Assembly (NCBI GenBank): GCA_963773065.1
Contig: CAVYZN010000008.1
Coordinates: 192,001 to 256,000 of the forward strand
DNA length: 64,000 nt
Source: an uncultured Gammaproteobacteria bacterium
GTDB taxonomy: Bacteria > Pseudomonadota > Gammaproteobacteria > UBA9214
Reading direction: 5' to 3'
Shown: in pieces, positions 11,049-23,663 of the stretch
How positions within the stretch are numbered: the first letter of the stretch is position 1
Layout of the letters: each line of letters opens with the position of its first letter
Made by a program: the position numbers and the translations under genes
The notes under the pieces: generated by a model
What the model saw: only the letters and a program-made list of their open reading frames with translations
What the model was told of the DNA's origin: nothing
Database searches by the model: none

Positions 11049-13591
11049 ATGGCCAATAAGGAAGCTACAGCCCGCATCAAGATCAACAAGCTGCTCGAAG
11101 CGGCTGGCTGGCGTTTCTTCGCGGAGGGAAAGCGCGCCCGCCAACATCCGCCTTGAGCCCAGCGTGACGATCAAGTCATCCGACCTGGAAGCACTCGGCG
11201 AGAACTTCGAGAAGACCAGCAAGGGCTTCATCGACTTCCTGTTGCTCGATGAGAAAGGCTTCCCGCTCATCGTCCTTGAGGCCAAGTCGGAGGACAAGAA
11301 CCCGCTCGTCGGCAAGGAGCAGGCCCGCAAATACGCCAAGTCCCAGAACTGCCGCTTCGTCATCCTCTCCAACGGCAACCTGCACTACTTCTGGGACCTT
11401 GAGCGCGGCAACCCCTACATCATCACGTCCTTCCCTACGCCCGACTCGGTGATCGGCTACCAGCAGGTCACGCCCAACCCGCAGCGCCTCGATCGAGGAA
11501 CAGGTCGGCGACGACTACATCGTGCTCACCCAGCGCCCGAACTACCAATCCGAAGCGGCGTGGCGAAACGAGGCCGAGCGCCCCGGCTACATCCAGGCCA
11601 ACAAACTGCGCTTTCTTGCGGCCCTATCAGTTGAAGGCCATCCACGCCCTGCAGCGGGCCGTCAAGGACGGCAAAGACCGCTTCCTGTTCGAGATGGCCA
11701 CCGGCACCGGCAAGACCCTCACCGCCGCCGCCGTCATCAAGCTCTTCCTCCGCTCCGGCAATGCCCGCCGCGTGCTGTTCCTGGTGGATCGCCTCGAACT
11801 GGAGGACCAGGCCAAGAAGGCCTTCGCCGCGCTGCTGTCCGCCGACTTCCAGACGGTGATCTACAAGGAGAACCGGGACGACTGGCGGCGCGCCGAGATT
11901 GTCGTCACCACCGTGCAGTCGCTGCTCTTCAACAACAAGTACCAGAAGCTCTTCTCGCCACCGATTTCGACCTGGTCATCTCCGACGAAGCGCACCGCTC
12001 CATCGGCGGCAACGCCCGCGCCGTCTTCGACTACTTCATCGGCTACAAGCTCGGCCTCACCGCCACGCCGCGCGACTACCTCAAGCGGTTCGACAGCTCG
12101 AATCCCGGCACCCGCGACCCGCGCGAGGCCGAGCGCCGCCTGCTGCTGGACACCTACCGCACCTTCGGCTGCGAGAACAGCCAGCCCACCTTCCGCTACT
12201 CCCTGCTCGACGGCGTGAAGGATGGCTACCTCATCAACCCGACCGTGGTGGACGCCCGCACCGAGATCACCACCGAACTCTCTCCGAAGAGGGCTTCGTC
12301 GTCTCGTTCACCGACGAACCGGCGAAGATCAGCAGCAAACCTTCAAGCAACGCGAGTTCGAAAAGCGTTTCTTCTCCGACGCCACCAACCAGCTCTTCTG
12401 CAAGACCTTCCTCGAAAACGCCCTGCGCGACCCGGTCAGCGGCGAAATCGGCAAGTCCATCATCTTCGCCGTCAGCCAGAACCACGCCGCCAAGCTGGCG
12501 CAGATCCTCAACCAGATGGCCGACCGCATGTTCCCCGGCAAGTACCAGTCCGACTTCGCCGTGCAGGTCACCTCGCAGATCCCCGACGCCCAGCAGTTCA
12601 CCATCAACTTCAGCCAACAACAACCTGCTCGGCTCGGCCAACTTCCTGCCCGCCTACAAGACCAGCAAGGCCCGCGTCTGCGTACGGTTGGCATGATGAC
12701 CACCGGCTACGACTGCACCGACATCCTCAACCTCGGCCTCTTCCGTCCGATTTTCTCGCCCACCGATTTCATCCAGATCAAGGGGCGCGGCACCCGCAAG
12801 CACGATTTCCTCGAAGCAACTCTTCGACGACAGCCTCAAGGACGGCGTTCAGCAGCCGCAGAAGACGGCCTTCAAGCTCTTCGACTTCTTCGCCAACTGC
12901 GAGTACTTCGAGGAAGAGTTCAACTACGACGAAGTGCTGAAGCTCCCCCGGCCCCAGAGCAAGGGCCGCGATGACGGCGGCGGCACAGGCCCCGTGATCG
13001 TCGGCGGCACCTACGAGCACCTGGGCGCGGACATCCTCGCCACGATCAAGGAAGAGATCATCGGCTACGAGGGTATGAAGATCGACCGCATGTTCTTCGA
13101 GAAATTCGAGGACACCGTGCGCGAGAATGACGACCATCGCGCAAGCGGTCGAAGCCGGGCAGTGGGATCGCGTCATCGACTACGTCAACCGCGAGGTCTT
13201 CGACAAACCCGAGGAGTACTACACCCTCGACAAGCTGCGCAAAGCCGCCGCCGTGGATCGCCGCCTGACGCTGCGCGAAATCCTCGAAAAGATCTTCGGC
13301 CTCATCCCGCGCTTCAAGTCCAAGGACGAGCTGCTGGAAGAAGAGTTCGCCAAGTTCGTCGCCGATACCAAGCCCGAAGAGGCCGACGGCCATCCCGGCC
13401 ATCAAGACCTACTTCAAGGCCTACGTCACCAGCGACCCGTCCGCGCACATCATCGAGAGCGGCAATTCACCGACCTGGCGACCAATCCGTACTTTTCCAC
13501 CCGCGACTTCAAGGCCGTACCCGCAAAGTACCGCACACTCATCCCCGAATACGTAAAGGATTACGTCACCTTGAACCAGTTCATTCCCTGA
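11049..13591 (+). CDS. hsdR: Type I restriction enzyme R subunit (EcoAI-like), multiply frameshifted
   Basis: MANKEATARIKIN..., IDFLLL..PLIVLEAK, MATGTGKT, FLVDR, DEAHRS, GLTATP, QIKGRGTR. Confidence 0.88.
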
Positions 13592-13607
13592 GGCTCAAGG
13601 AGGAGTC

Positions 13608-14440
13608 ATGAAGACAACAAAAACCATTATCAATGTAGAAGGAACCGCAATCACGGTTCTCAGCCAGGCTAGTGACGACTATATTTCCCTGACGGACATC
13701 GCCAAGCACAAAGAACCGGGGCGATCTGATCAGGTCATCCAGAATTGGATAGAGAAACGCAATACGATTGAGTTTTTGGGGGATGGGAGCGTCTGAATAA
13801 CGTCGAGTTCAACCCCCTCGAATTCGATGGGTTTAAAACAGGGCTGGACTCAACAGCTTTGTCCTGACACCAGCGACAATGGATAGACACGACCCATGCC
13901 AGCGGACTGGTCTCTAAGTCGGGACGTTACGGCGGCACCTACGCCCACAGAGACATCGCCTTTGAATTCGCCTCCTGGATATCGAGTCGAGTTCAAGCTC
14001 TACCTCATCAAGGAATTCCAGCGCCTCAAGGACGACGAAAACCGCCGCCTCTCCCTCGCCTGGAATCTCAACCGCACCCTCTCCAAGCTCAACTACCGCA
14101 TCCACACCGATGCCATTCAAGGCGCACCTGATTCCCGCCGACGGTCACCCCGACGCAGGCCGCCATCACCTACGCCAACGAGGCGGACCTGCTCAACGTC
14201 GCCCTCTTCGGCCAGACCGCCAGACAATGGCGCGACGCCAACCCCAAGCTCGAAGGCAACATGCGCGATCACGCCACCATCGAGCAATTGCTGGTGCTGG
14301 CCAACATCGAAGGCATGAACGCCGAGTTCATTCACATGGGGCTGCCACAGGGCGAACGCCTCAAACGCCTCAACGAGATCGCCATCCGCCAGATGCAGGT
14401 GTTGACCTCAACGTCTGCAATCAAACAACTCAAAGCATAA
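13608..14440 (+). CDS. KilA-N domain DNA-binding protein (frameshifted)
   Basis: DYISLTDIAK, GRYGGTYAHRDIAFEFASW, EFKLYLIKEFQRLK, LSKLNYRIHTDAI, YANEADLLNVALFG. Confidence 0.85.
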
Positions 14441-14444
14441 TCCT

Positions 14445-17008
14445 TTGCTCGACACCGATACCAAACGCCGCATCGACACCGCCCGCGACATCCTCGTCGG
14501 CAAGGTCCCCGATCCCAAGATCCCAGGTCGAGCAGATCACCATCGCACTGATCTACAAGTTCATGGACGACATGGACGCCGAGAGCCGAGGAACTCGGCG
14601 GCAAGCGCAAGTTCTTCACCGGCGAGTTCGCCCGCTACGGCTGGGCCAAGCTCATGCGCTCCGGCCTCGGCGGCCATGAGATGCTCGACCTCTACGCCGA
14701 GGGCATCACCAAGATGCCCGAGAACCCCGGCATCCCGCCGCTCTTCCGCGACATCTTCAAGAACGCCTACCTGCCCTACCGCGACCCCGAGACGCTCAAG
14801 GCCTTCCTCAAGATCATCGACGAGTTCAGCTACGACCACAGCGAGCGCCTCGGCGATGCCTTCGAGTATCTGCTCTCCGTCCTCGGCTCGCAGGGCGATG
14901 CCGGACAGTTCCGCACCCCGCGCCACATCATCGATTTCATGGTCGACGGTCATCGACCCGAAGAAGACCGAGACCGTGCTCGACCCCGCCTGCGGCACCG
15001 CCGGATTCCTCATCTCGTCCTACAAGCATATCCTCAAGGCCAACACCGACGCGAAGGGCAACAGCGACCCTGACGCCCGACGAAAAGGGCCGCCTCGCCC
15101 AGAACTTCAAGGGCTACGACATCTCGCCCGACATGGTGCGCCTGTCGCTGGTGAACCTGTATCTGCACGGCTTCACCGACCCGCACATTTACGAATACGA
15201 CACCCTCACCAGCCGAGGACCGCTGGAACGAATTCGCCGACGTCATCCTCGCCAACCCGCCCTTCATGTCGCCGAAAGGCGGCATCAAGCCCCACAAGCG
15301 CTTCTCCATCCAGGCCAAGCGCAGCGAAGTCCTCTTCGTGGACTACATGGCCGAGCACCTCACGCCCACCGGCCGCGCCGGCATCATCGTCCCCGAGGGC
15401 ATCATCTTCCAGAGCCAGACCGCCTACAAAGACCTGCGGAAGATGCTCGTCGAAAACTCCCTCGTCGCCGTCGTCTCCCTCCCGGCGGGCTGTTTCAATC
15501 CCTACTCCGGGCGTGAAAACCTCGCATCCTCATCCTCGACAAATCCCTCGCCAGGCAGAGCGACACCATCGCCTTCTTCAAAGTGGAAAACGACGGCTTC
15601 GGCCTCGGTGCCCAGCGCCGCGCCATCGAAAAGAACGACCTCCCGCAGGTACAGGCCGAACTCGACGCCTACCTGCAAGCCCTCCGCAGCCAGCAAGCCA
15701 CCGCCGACTTCCAGCCCACCTGCGGGCTGATCGTGCCGAAAGAAAAGATCGCCGCGAATGGCGACTACAACCTCAGCGGCGAGCGGTATCGGGAGAGTGG
15801 CGCCGTATCACGTCGAATCCCGCTTGTCACGATTGAGCGATGTCTGCTGAAATCACGTAAGGCCGGTTCGCCAATCCCAGCCGGGCATATCACGTATTTG
15901 TCGAATTACATCCGCATGGTCGGACATCAATCGAGACCGATGGCAAGTTTCAGCCTCGGCGAAGAAATGCAGCACTGACGAGGATTCGACGAGCTGAGCG
16001 CCTAGCGTTCGAGCACGGTGACGTTCTGATGTCCACTGTCCGCCCAGATCTGAAACGGCATTGCAGGTTCGCATCGAGATCTCCTGAACGGGATCGGCTT
16101 CGATCACAGCGAGTTCAACGTAATAAGCGCCAGACGTGAGATTTGCTCGCGGGATTTCTTCTGCGCATGCACCAAAAGTCAGTGACGCAGCAGATGACGG
16201 GATGGCCGGCACAGGCGGGCTATCGCGTATCAATCGCGACTAATCGTGGAGACTCCAAATCCCCCTGCCGCCGCTGGAGGTGCAGAAGGAGATCGTGGCG
16301 GAGATCGAGGGCTACCAGAAAGTCATCAACGGCGCCCGCGCCGTCCTCGACCACTACCGCCCCCACATCCCCATCCACCCCGACTGGCCGATGGTGGAGC
16401 TTGGAGATCATTTGCGACAATCGACGCGATGGAAATTCACGTCACAAAAGCGAACCGAGGTTTTGGATGGGCAGTACCTTGTCATCCAAGACATGTAATA
16501 GCCGACATCATCGAGGTCAACGATGGATCACATCTCAGATGCGCAGCTCATTGAAGCGAAGTCGCGAGCAAAGATGCTGTCACGCCGAGGACGTTGTCTG
16601 GTAATCAGGACCGGTAGCCGAGCATTCATCGGGATGGCCGGCAATCTCTGAGTCGACGATCTGTGCATTCAGATCAGGACATTGTCGCGATTCAGAACCC
16701 GCAATAGATGTGACACTCCTAAGTTTCTGTTCTATCGCGCTGAACGCCAGAAGTCAAGGTCTTCGACATCGAAGATCAAGAGGTGGAGTGACGATGCAGA
16801 ACTTCAACGCAACAGATTCTATCGATATTCAGAATTCCCCTCCCACCCCTCGCCACGCAGCAAGCCATCGTCGCCGAGATCGAAGCCGAGCAAGCGCTGG
16901 TCGCCGCCAACCGCGAACTGATCGCCCGCTTCGAGAAAAAAATCCAGGCCACCCTCGCCCGCGTGCTGGGGCGAGGATGAGCCCGATGGAGGAACTCCTA
17001 GACCATGA
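14445..17008 (+). CDS. hsdM: Type I N6-adenine methyltransferase fused to a specificity (HsdS) domain, heavily frameshifted
   Basis: GQFRTPRHI, DPACGTAGF, LANPPF, IIVPEG; HsdS conserved helices IPLPPLEVQKEIVAEI and PPLATQQAIVAEIEAEQ. Confidence 0.85.
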
Positions 17009-17924
17009 ACCTTCAACAGGCCTACTACGAACAGAAGTTTGAGAACGCTTTCCTCCGGGCGAAGGGAGATGCGTTTCAAGACCTTCTTCGAGAGGCTGAT
17101 GGGATTTGGCCTACAAGGCCGATTTCATGGCCTGCCGTCCGTGGGGCAACCAGGGCGACCGCAAGAACGACGGTTTTCTCAAATCGGAGCGGCGTCTGTT
17201 CCAGGTCTATGCCCCCAACGAGATGATGCGAGGCCAAGGCCATCGCGAAGATTCAGGAGGACTTTGAGGGGGCTAAGGAGTTCACTGGGGCAAGCATTTC
17301 GATAAATGGGTTTTCGCCCACAACGCCATGGACGGTATTCCGCCGCATGTGCAAAAAGTGTTACTCGACTTTGAGAAAGCGAACCCCGGAATCATAGCTG
17401 GAACCCTGGGGATTGGAGGAATTTCGCTTGGTCTTCCGCAAGTTGTCTCTGGACGATCTGCAGTCATGGTTTGGGCCTGCGGCACCAACCGAGGAGACCG
17501 AAGATGAGGTTGGGATTTCAACGACTTACAGGTGGTGCTGGAAACTATCGCCGGACCGGGCAGTGCCGACATCGCAAGAGTGAAGGAAGTTCCAATGGGG
17601 AAGATCGAGGCGAACGCTTTGTCAGAGAGCGTAGCCACATTGTTAAAGGCGGGCATGGTGAAAGCGCCGTTAGTAGAGTCATTTTTCACGCAATGGCATG
17701 ACGAAACGTTCGGCGAACGTCATCGCTGAGTCATTCAGAGCCAAGATATCTGGAGTTGCGCAGCGCAATTTCGACCCAATCGATCTCTTCGCGGAGCTTC
17801 AGTCTTGGGCGGCAGGTGACGGGCGAGGCTCTCCCGAACACGAATTGGCAGTGTTTAACCGTGATCGCCTACTACTTTGAACGCTGCGATATCTTCGAAG
17901 AACCGCGGAGAACCCGTATTATGA
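17005..17924 (+). CDS. ABC-three-component/Lamassu effector (LmuA-like; PD-(D/E)xK-type nuclease plus C-terminal domain), frameshifted
   Basis: FQxFFERLM...PWGNQGDRKNDGF...FQVYAP; C-terminal AYYFERCDIFE; ATGA overlap with the M-S gene. Confidence 0.72.
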
Positions 17925-18169
17925 TTCTGCCATCCAAACATCTTCACCAAGATCGCGCCCTCCTCACGGTGGGGGCGCGCATATTGCAGCACTTGTACCA
18001 ACCGAAGACGATTTCCGCGCTTTGGGAAGAACTGCCGCGCAAAGATGCCGAAGCACTGAAGGTAACACCGCCCCTCCGCTACGACGGATTTGTTCTTGCT
18101 CTCGATCTGCTCTTTATGGTCGGAGCTATCGAGCTTCACGAGGGTCTTCTGGGTCGGAAAGCGCCATGA
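17921..18169 (+). CDS. ABC-three-component middle component (LmuC-like)
   Basis: MILPSKHL..DRALLTVGARIL...FVLALDLLFMVG; sits between the effector and the ATPase. Confidence 0.75.
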   Translation: MILPSKHLHQDRALLTVGARILQHLYQPKTISALWEELPRKDAEALKVTPPLRYDGFVLALDLLFMVGAIELHEGLLGRKAP

Positions 18170-19896
18170 TCCACCGCATTTTCAGCAGTCTTCCGACCTT
18201 CAAGGACGCTTGAGTTCAAGCCCAGGGCTGAACGTGCTGATCGCGCAGAAGGAGGCGGGCGCGAGCGACAAGCAGACCCGAAACCGGGCGGGCAAGACGA
18301 GTTTGATCGAGATCGTCCATTTCCTCACCGGTGCAGAGGCCGGGAAGGATTCGGATTTCCGCAACGACTATCTGGCCAGCGAAACCTTCGGGATGGAGTT
18401 CGATCTGGGCGGCGAGAAAACGCTCCGCCGAGCGTTCGCGGAAAGGATAAATCAAAGATTCATGTTTCCGGCGGCGGATTCCTCGAAAGGGAAGAGCATA
18501 CTCTCCAACTCTGAGTGGGTTGAAGTTCTCGGCGAACAGATGTTTGGCTTGAGGTCGATTCCGGATGAAGACCGGGCGCGCCCCAAAGTTCCGTTCGCTC
18601 TTCGCCTATTTCGTTCGGCGTCAACTGAGCGGAGCATTCACCACCCGGAAAAACAGGCGACCATGCAGCAAGCCGGGGATTATCAGGTTGCTTTGCTGTT
18701 TCTCCTCGGGCTGGATTGGAAGATTGCGAGCGACTGGCAGCAAATACGGGATCAGGAAAAGACACTGAAAGAACTGAAGAAAGCCGCTGGTGCGGGCGCC
18801 TTCGGAAGCATCATCGGGAAGGCCGCAGACCTGCGCACTCAACTCACGGTCGCAGAGGCTCGGCTGAATGGGCTCAAGAGCCAGGTCGCATCATTCCGTG
18901 TATTACCTCAATACGCGGAACTGGAGAGGGAAGCGGATCGAGATCACACGCCAGATCAACGACCATCTCCAATGACAACACCATCGATGCCGCAGCAATT
19001 CGAGACCTTGAGACGTGCGCTGCAAGCGGAGGCGCCGCCGTCACTCAACGGAACTGGAAAATATTTATGCAGAGGCTGGGGTTGCGCTGCCCGGGCTCGC
19101 CATCAAACGCTACGAAGAGGTGCGCAGTTTCCATGAGTCGGTGGTCCGGAACCGGCGGGATTATCTGTCGGGCGAATTGCTCGCTGCGAAACAGCGGATC
19201 ACCTCTCGCGATCAAGAAAAGCTGCAGCCTCGACCAGCGCCGCTCTGAGGTCATGGGAATTCTGAAAAGCCACGGCGCGTTGGACCAATTCGCCAAACTG
19301 CAGGGCGAGACCGGGCGACTGGAGGCGGAGGTGGAATCCCTGCGACAACGATTCGAGGCGGCCGAACAGTTGGACGGCACAAAGAACGAATTGGAAATCG
19401 AGCGAAACCGGCTGACCCTCCGTCTGCGGCGCGATTTCTCTGAGCAGAAGGGGCGACTTGGACGGAGGCTATTCTTGCCTTCGAGGAAACGTCCAATCGG
19501 CTATACGAGTCAGCAGGTAGTATGACAGTGGATGAAACCTCGAACGGGCCCGTGTTTCAGTTTCCCATGCAGGGCTCCCGCAGCAAGGGCATCAAGAACA
19601 TGCAGATATTCTGCTTCGATATGATGCTCATGCGTCTGTGCGCAAAACGCGACATCGGTCCCGGCTTTCTAGATCCACGATAGCCACCTTTTCGATGGAG
19701 TAGATGGCCGAAGGTCATTAGTGCGTTGAAGGTCGGAGCAGAAACAGCCGCGAACTCGGGTTCCAATATATCGTCACCATGAACGAAGACGAGCGTTCAA
19801 GGAGAAGATAGAGGGTTTCGACTGCGGGAATATGTTTTCCCTGTCGTTTTAACCGATGCAAAAGAGGATGGCGGACTCTTCGGTTTCCGCTTCTGA
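18166..19896 (+). CDS. DUF2326 SMC-like ABC ATPase (LmuB-like), frameshifted
   Basis: F.PGLNVL, RNRAGKTSL (Walker A), coiled coil, SKGIKNMQIFCFD, HDSHLFDGVD, C-terminal GGLFGFRF. Confidence 0.8.
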
Positions 19897-20194
19897 AGGA
19901 CTGCCATTGAAGAAGCCGGCGAACTGGGCAACTACCTGCCGCTCTCCTTCAAAAGCCCGAAGGAGCAGGAATACATCGAGTTCCCCAGGAACCTTCACCC
20001 ATGCGATGAAGCGCAAGATCAATTCGGTGCTGGGCAAGGCAGTCTACCACACGCTGATCGCCACCGGGGAACCGGTGTTCGCGGAAATCTCAGGGAAATC
20101 TCAGGACAGACCACGTTTAATCAAAACGTGCACCCCAAGCCAAGGACATCAAAGCCGCCTTGCGCCTCGCACGTAACCTTACGGAGTAACCACG

Positions 20195-20494
20195 ATGGGC
20201 AGAACCGCTACCACTCGCTATGACGTTGCTGAACACCTCAGAACTCCGGAGGAAATGGCCGCTTACCTCGAAGCCTGCCTTGAAGAGGCGGACGGCGATG
20301 TCGCGTACATCGCCAAGGCGCTGGGCGACATCGCTCGTGCCAAAGGCATGGCACAGGTCGCGCGAGATGCCGGGTTGTCCCGCGAAAGCCTTTACAAGGC
20401 ACTCTACGGCGAACGCAGCCCTGACTTCGACACCATCCTCGAAGTCGTCGGAGCCCTGGGGCTGAAGTTGCACGCCGAAGCCAGACATCGCTGA
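20195..20494 (+). CDS. Addiction-module antidote protein (HTH, HigA-like), copy 1; preceded only by a ~20-codon toxin tail
   Basis: YDVAEHL.TPEEMAAYLEA...ALGDIARAKGMAQVA..GLSRESLYKAL. Confidence 0.9.
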   Translation: MGRTATTRYDVAEHLRTPEEMAAYLEACLEEADGDVAYIAKALGDIARAKGMAQVARDAGLSRESLYKALYGERSPDFDTILEVVGALGLKLHAEARHR

Positions 20495-20522
20495 TCAGGG
20501 GGTGCCCCCGTCATCCTCGTCA

Positions 20523-20558
20523 CCCCGGATGGCGACCTGACGGCCTTATCCGGGCTAC
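20523..20558 (-). repeat. GTAG-type REP palindrome
   Basis: Minus strand GTAGCCCGGATAAGGCCGTCAGGTCGCCATCCGGGG. Confidence 0.7.
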
Positions 20559-20687
20559 GTCAATCGGGCGAGCAGCAGGTCGGCTGCCTGGGCGATGCCG
20601 GAGTGCGGATAACCGGGACAGATCTATTTTCTTTTTACAGCCTGGCTATTGGCTGCTTGGGTGACAGTGCTCACTGGCACATTTGGG

Positions 20688-21028
20688 TTACTGCCACGCG
20701 AGGGTCCATCGGCCATGCCGTTTGATATGCTCGTACATGGTATCGGGCGCGAGGTCGGCGCCGTTGGGCCAGGTCACGGCCCCGAGTTCGACGTACGCAA
20801 GGGCGAACACGGCGGCATCGCGCAGCGCCTCGAACGGTGTGCCGCTTATCCGCGGGTCATTCAGCCATTGCCGCATATCGACATCGCCCTCCAGCCCATC
20901 CAGAAACGTCACCCGCAACACATGGTCGCTTCCTGGCCGAACAGAGGCTATCCGCCAGGGGGCACGCGGCGCGGGCGCCGGGACTATGTCAAAGGAGGAT
21001 ACGATTCGGGGTCTGCAATCGAGTGCAT
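20688..21028 (-). CDS. DUF2442 domain protein (putative antitoxin); start uncertain
   Basis: LRVTFLDGLEGDVD...FEALRD..VF..AYVELGAVTWPNGADLAPD. Confidence 0.8.
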
Positions 21029-21082
21029 AGTTCCCAATCCTCCAAGAGTTCGGCACGGTGTTCCTGAGCCCATTCCAACACG
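20985..21082 (-). pseudogene. C-terminal fragment of a DUF4160 protein (partner of DUF2442)
   Basis: VLEWAQEHRAELLEDWEL; N-terminus absent. Confidence 0.65.
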
Positions 21083-21093
21083 TGACAGGCTCG

Positions 21094-21419
21094 TTATGTG
21101 GCCACGGTACGCCGTGCGATGATCTGGGCGAGCTCGCGATTCGTTGTCCCGAGCGCAAGCAACGACCTGACCAACAAGTCGAGGGATACCGTGGGGTCTC
21201 CGGCTTCCATCTTTGCCACACGTGACTGGCTCGACCGAACTGCCTTCGCGAGTTGCACCTGCGTCAGCCCTTGCCCAACCGACGCGCCTTAAGGCCCTCC
21301 GCTAGTTTCAGGCGCAGTTCGATATATGCGTCCTCCTCATCGGAGAGTTGGAGGAACTGCTTCGCTGTGCCTACCTTCCAGCCCTTCGCTTGGAGGCGCT
21401 TACGCTTGCTCTCACGCAT
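21094..21419 (-). CDS. XRE/HTH antitoxin (frameshift near 21270)
   Basis: MRESKRKRLQAKGWKVG...LTQVQLAKAVRSSQSRVAKMEAGDPTVSLDLL. Confidence 0.8.
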
Positions 21420-21789
21420 CGTCGTACTCCTTCAGGCGCTTCCTGCACGCCTGGATCACGTCCTTCGGGGTCTTTTGCGTCTTCTTGGCAAAGACCTCCA
21501 CAATCACAATCGCATCCGTATCAATCCGATAGATCAAACGCCAAGTCGTGTCAGCGTCGTTGATCCGCAATTCATGGCAGCGCACGCCGACGCTGGGCAT
21601 AGGCCGCGACTGCGGCATCCGGAGCCGCTCGCCTCGTTGCAGCCGTCGAAGGAGAAAACCCGTCTCGATTCGCGCCTCTCCGGAGAGCGGTGGGGTTTTC
21701 ACCTGCCCATGCAGCCACGCGAGCTCCCTGTTCACGGAGTATTCTGCTATCTTCAAGGACAATCGGATACGGGTTGCCAGCCCTACCAC
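21412..21789 (-). CDS. RelE/ParE (Gp49-like) toxin; likely start GTG near 21735
   Basis: WLHGQVKTPPLS..ARIETGFLLRRLQ...SRPMPSVG..CHELRI...VFAKKTQKTP. Confidence 0.85.
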   Translation of the reverse strand: MVGLATRIRLSLKIAEYSVNRELAWLHGQVKTPPLSGEARIETGFLLRRLQRGERLRMPQSRPMPSVGVRCHELRINDADTTWRLIYRIDTDAIVIVEVFAKKTQKTPKDVIQACRKRLKEYDDA

Positions 21790-21795
21790 GGGGTA

Positions 21796-22025
21796 ATAGG
21801 GGCCAGGCTCGACTTAACTCGTGGTAGCATACGCAATGACGATCAACCAGAGCCAGCCCTTGTGCAATGAACGCTTCTATGCTCGGATAGAGCGCATGAC
21901 CGGGCAACGGCGTGATGCGAAACCGCGTGGCAGGCCAAGGCTGAATGAGACCACGAACGATGCACCGCTAGTGGGGCAAAGCGATTTGGGGTTGTGATCG
22001 AGAGAAATGCGAGCTTGGCTCCGTT
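21796..22025 (+). mobile_element. TIR mini-element with Y1 transposase tail, copy 2
   Basis: AGGGGCCAGGCTCG ... CGAGCTTGGCTCCG; homologous to 10581-10806. Confidence 0.75.
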
Positions 22026-22050
22026 AGTGCTGTTGCAAGCGTATCACGTA

Positions 22051-23321
22051 TTATGAAGTGTCTACAACACGTGGACGAGATATCGTTTTGCCATGACAAA
22101 ATATTTTCATGTCGTTTTCTCTGGGAATAGCCTCGGCATCCATTGCGGTGCGAGTGTGGCCGGGAAGGCGAGATGATAGGGGGCGCGTATCGTCTCTGAA
22201 ACCAATACGCCAAGTTCGGCGGATGGTTCGATAGGTCGCCTTGTTTTGTCGCTCCCCAACATCGAACATCAGCGCGATCTCATCGCGCGCAAGCTCGCCC
22301 TGATACAAAATCCTCTCCAGAATAGTTGCCGACTGTGGCGGCAGGGCCTTGGTGCGGATTTCTTCGTTTGCCCAGGAAAGGATGCGTGTACGAAGTTGTC
22401 CGGGGCGACCAGCTCTTCCATGAATTTGACTTGATCGATGCAGATTTCAAGAAAGAACGGGTAAAATCGGCCAGAGATTCTTCGCTCAAGTTGCCCCGTC
22501 CATCCAGATCATTGCGGCGTGTCAGGTCACACGCGGTAAGATGGTTCTGATACAGTCCTTTATTTCTGGCCAGGCCGCGCGCAATGGACCAGATACCGCC
22601 CGTATCCAAAACATCCAGGAGCATGGCATAGGACATCAGGCGGGCCACGCGGCCATTGCCGTCAAGAAACGGGTGAATCCACAGCATTCTGTGATGCGCG
22701 GTGGCAGAGGCAAAGATTGTTTCTGTTTTGCCAAGGCCGCGATAGGCGTCCTCGAAGCGTTCCATAAAACGGGGCAAGGCACCGGGGCTGATGGGGATGT
22801 GTCGTCCGACCTTCACATCACGCTGCCGCAGTTCGCCGGTACAATCTCCATGCGCTCACCGTTTTCCGGGTTTTCTGCCCATCGCAATTCCTCTGGAGCA
22901 GCTTGAGCAAAAGCGTCTGTGAATTTCGCGCAAGCTCTCCATACTTGTTGCGTGATCCTTGAGGCCGCCTTTATCAATCCATTTTTGAACGGTAATATGC
23001 GCTTTGGCTTCAAGCTGCAAATTACGCTGTCTCTCGTTCGTGCTGTAATCGTTTTTGAGCGCCCGCTCAATATCGACCGGGTGGGTGTCGTGCCCTTCAA
23101 TCAGGTTGCTGTAATAGCAGTTCATGGCTCGGACCAGATCGGCGAGGGAAGGCTCGACATATTTGGGGAGGCTTCCCCGTAAGCGCGCGGACTGAGCGGC
23201 CAGTTGCCAGCGCCAGGTCACCCAGAGGTCCGCGATGTTTTGAGCTGCCAGAAATCAGCAGCGGCTCCATCATCGAAACCGTTTCGTCCCTGTCTACGAC
23301 CTCTAAAATGTCCTCTTCCAT
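22051..23321 (-). CDS. Fic family protein, multiply frameshifted
   Basis: MNCYYSNLIEG; catalytic HPFLDGNGRVAR. Confidence 0.88.
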
Positions 23322-23473
23322 GTCCGATTATATGTCCGGTTGCGTAGTTAAACTACATTATATATAACGTAGTCTTACTGCGTTGTTAACTTGGAATAAC
23401 TATGTACATGACCGGCATAATGTCCGAGTAAACACGTGAATGGGTGCCAACCCATTAGCCGGCCCCGTATCAA

Positions 23474-23661
23474 GGACGATCAACCAGAGCCAGCCCTTGG
23501 GCAATGAACGCTTATATGCCCGGATAGAGTGCATGAACGGGCAACGGCATGAGGCGAAACCGCGTGGCAGGCCAAGGCTGAAGAAGACCACGAACGATGC
23601 GCCACTACCGGGCAAGGCGAGTTGGGGTTGTGATCGAGAAAAATGCGAGCCTGGCCCTTTT
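23474..23661 (+). mobile_element. TIR mini-element with Y1 transposase tail, copy 3 (left end replaced)
   Basis: TINQSQPLGNERLYARIECMNGQRHEAKPRGRPR; right end CGAGCCTGGCCCTTTT. Confidence 0.75.
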
Positions 23662-23663
23662 AG

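Noticed and set aside
11049-19896. Programmed frameshifting in the RM/Lamassu genes
   Set aside because: The indels are numerous, lack consistent slippery sites, and also occur in essential genes such as lptD, which points to assembly error.
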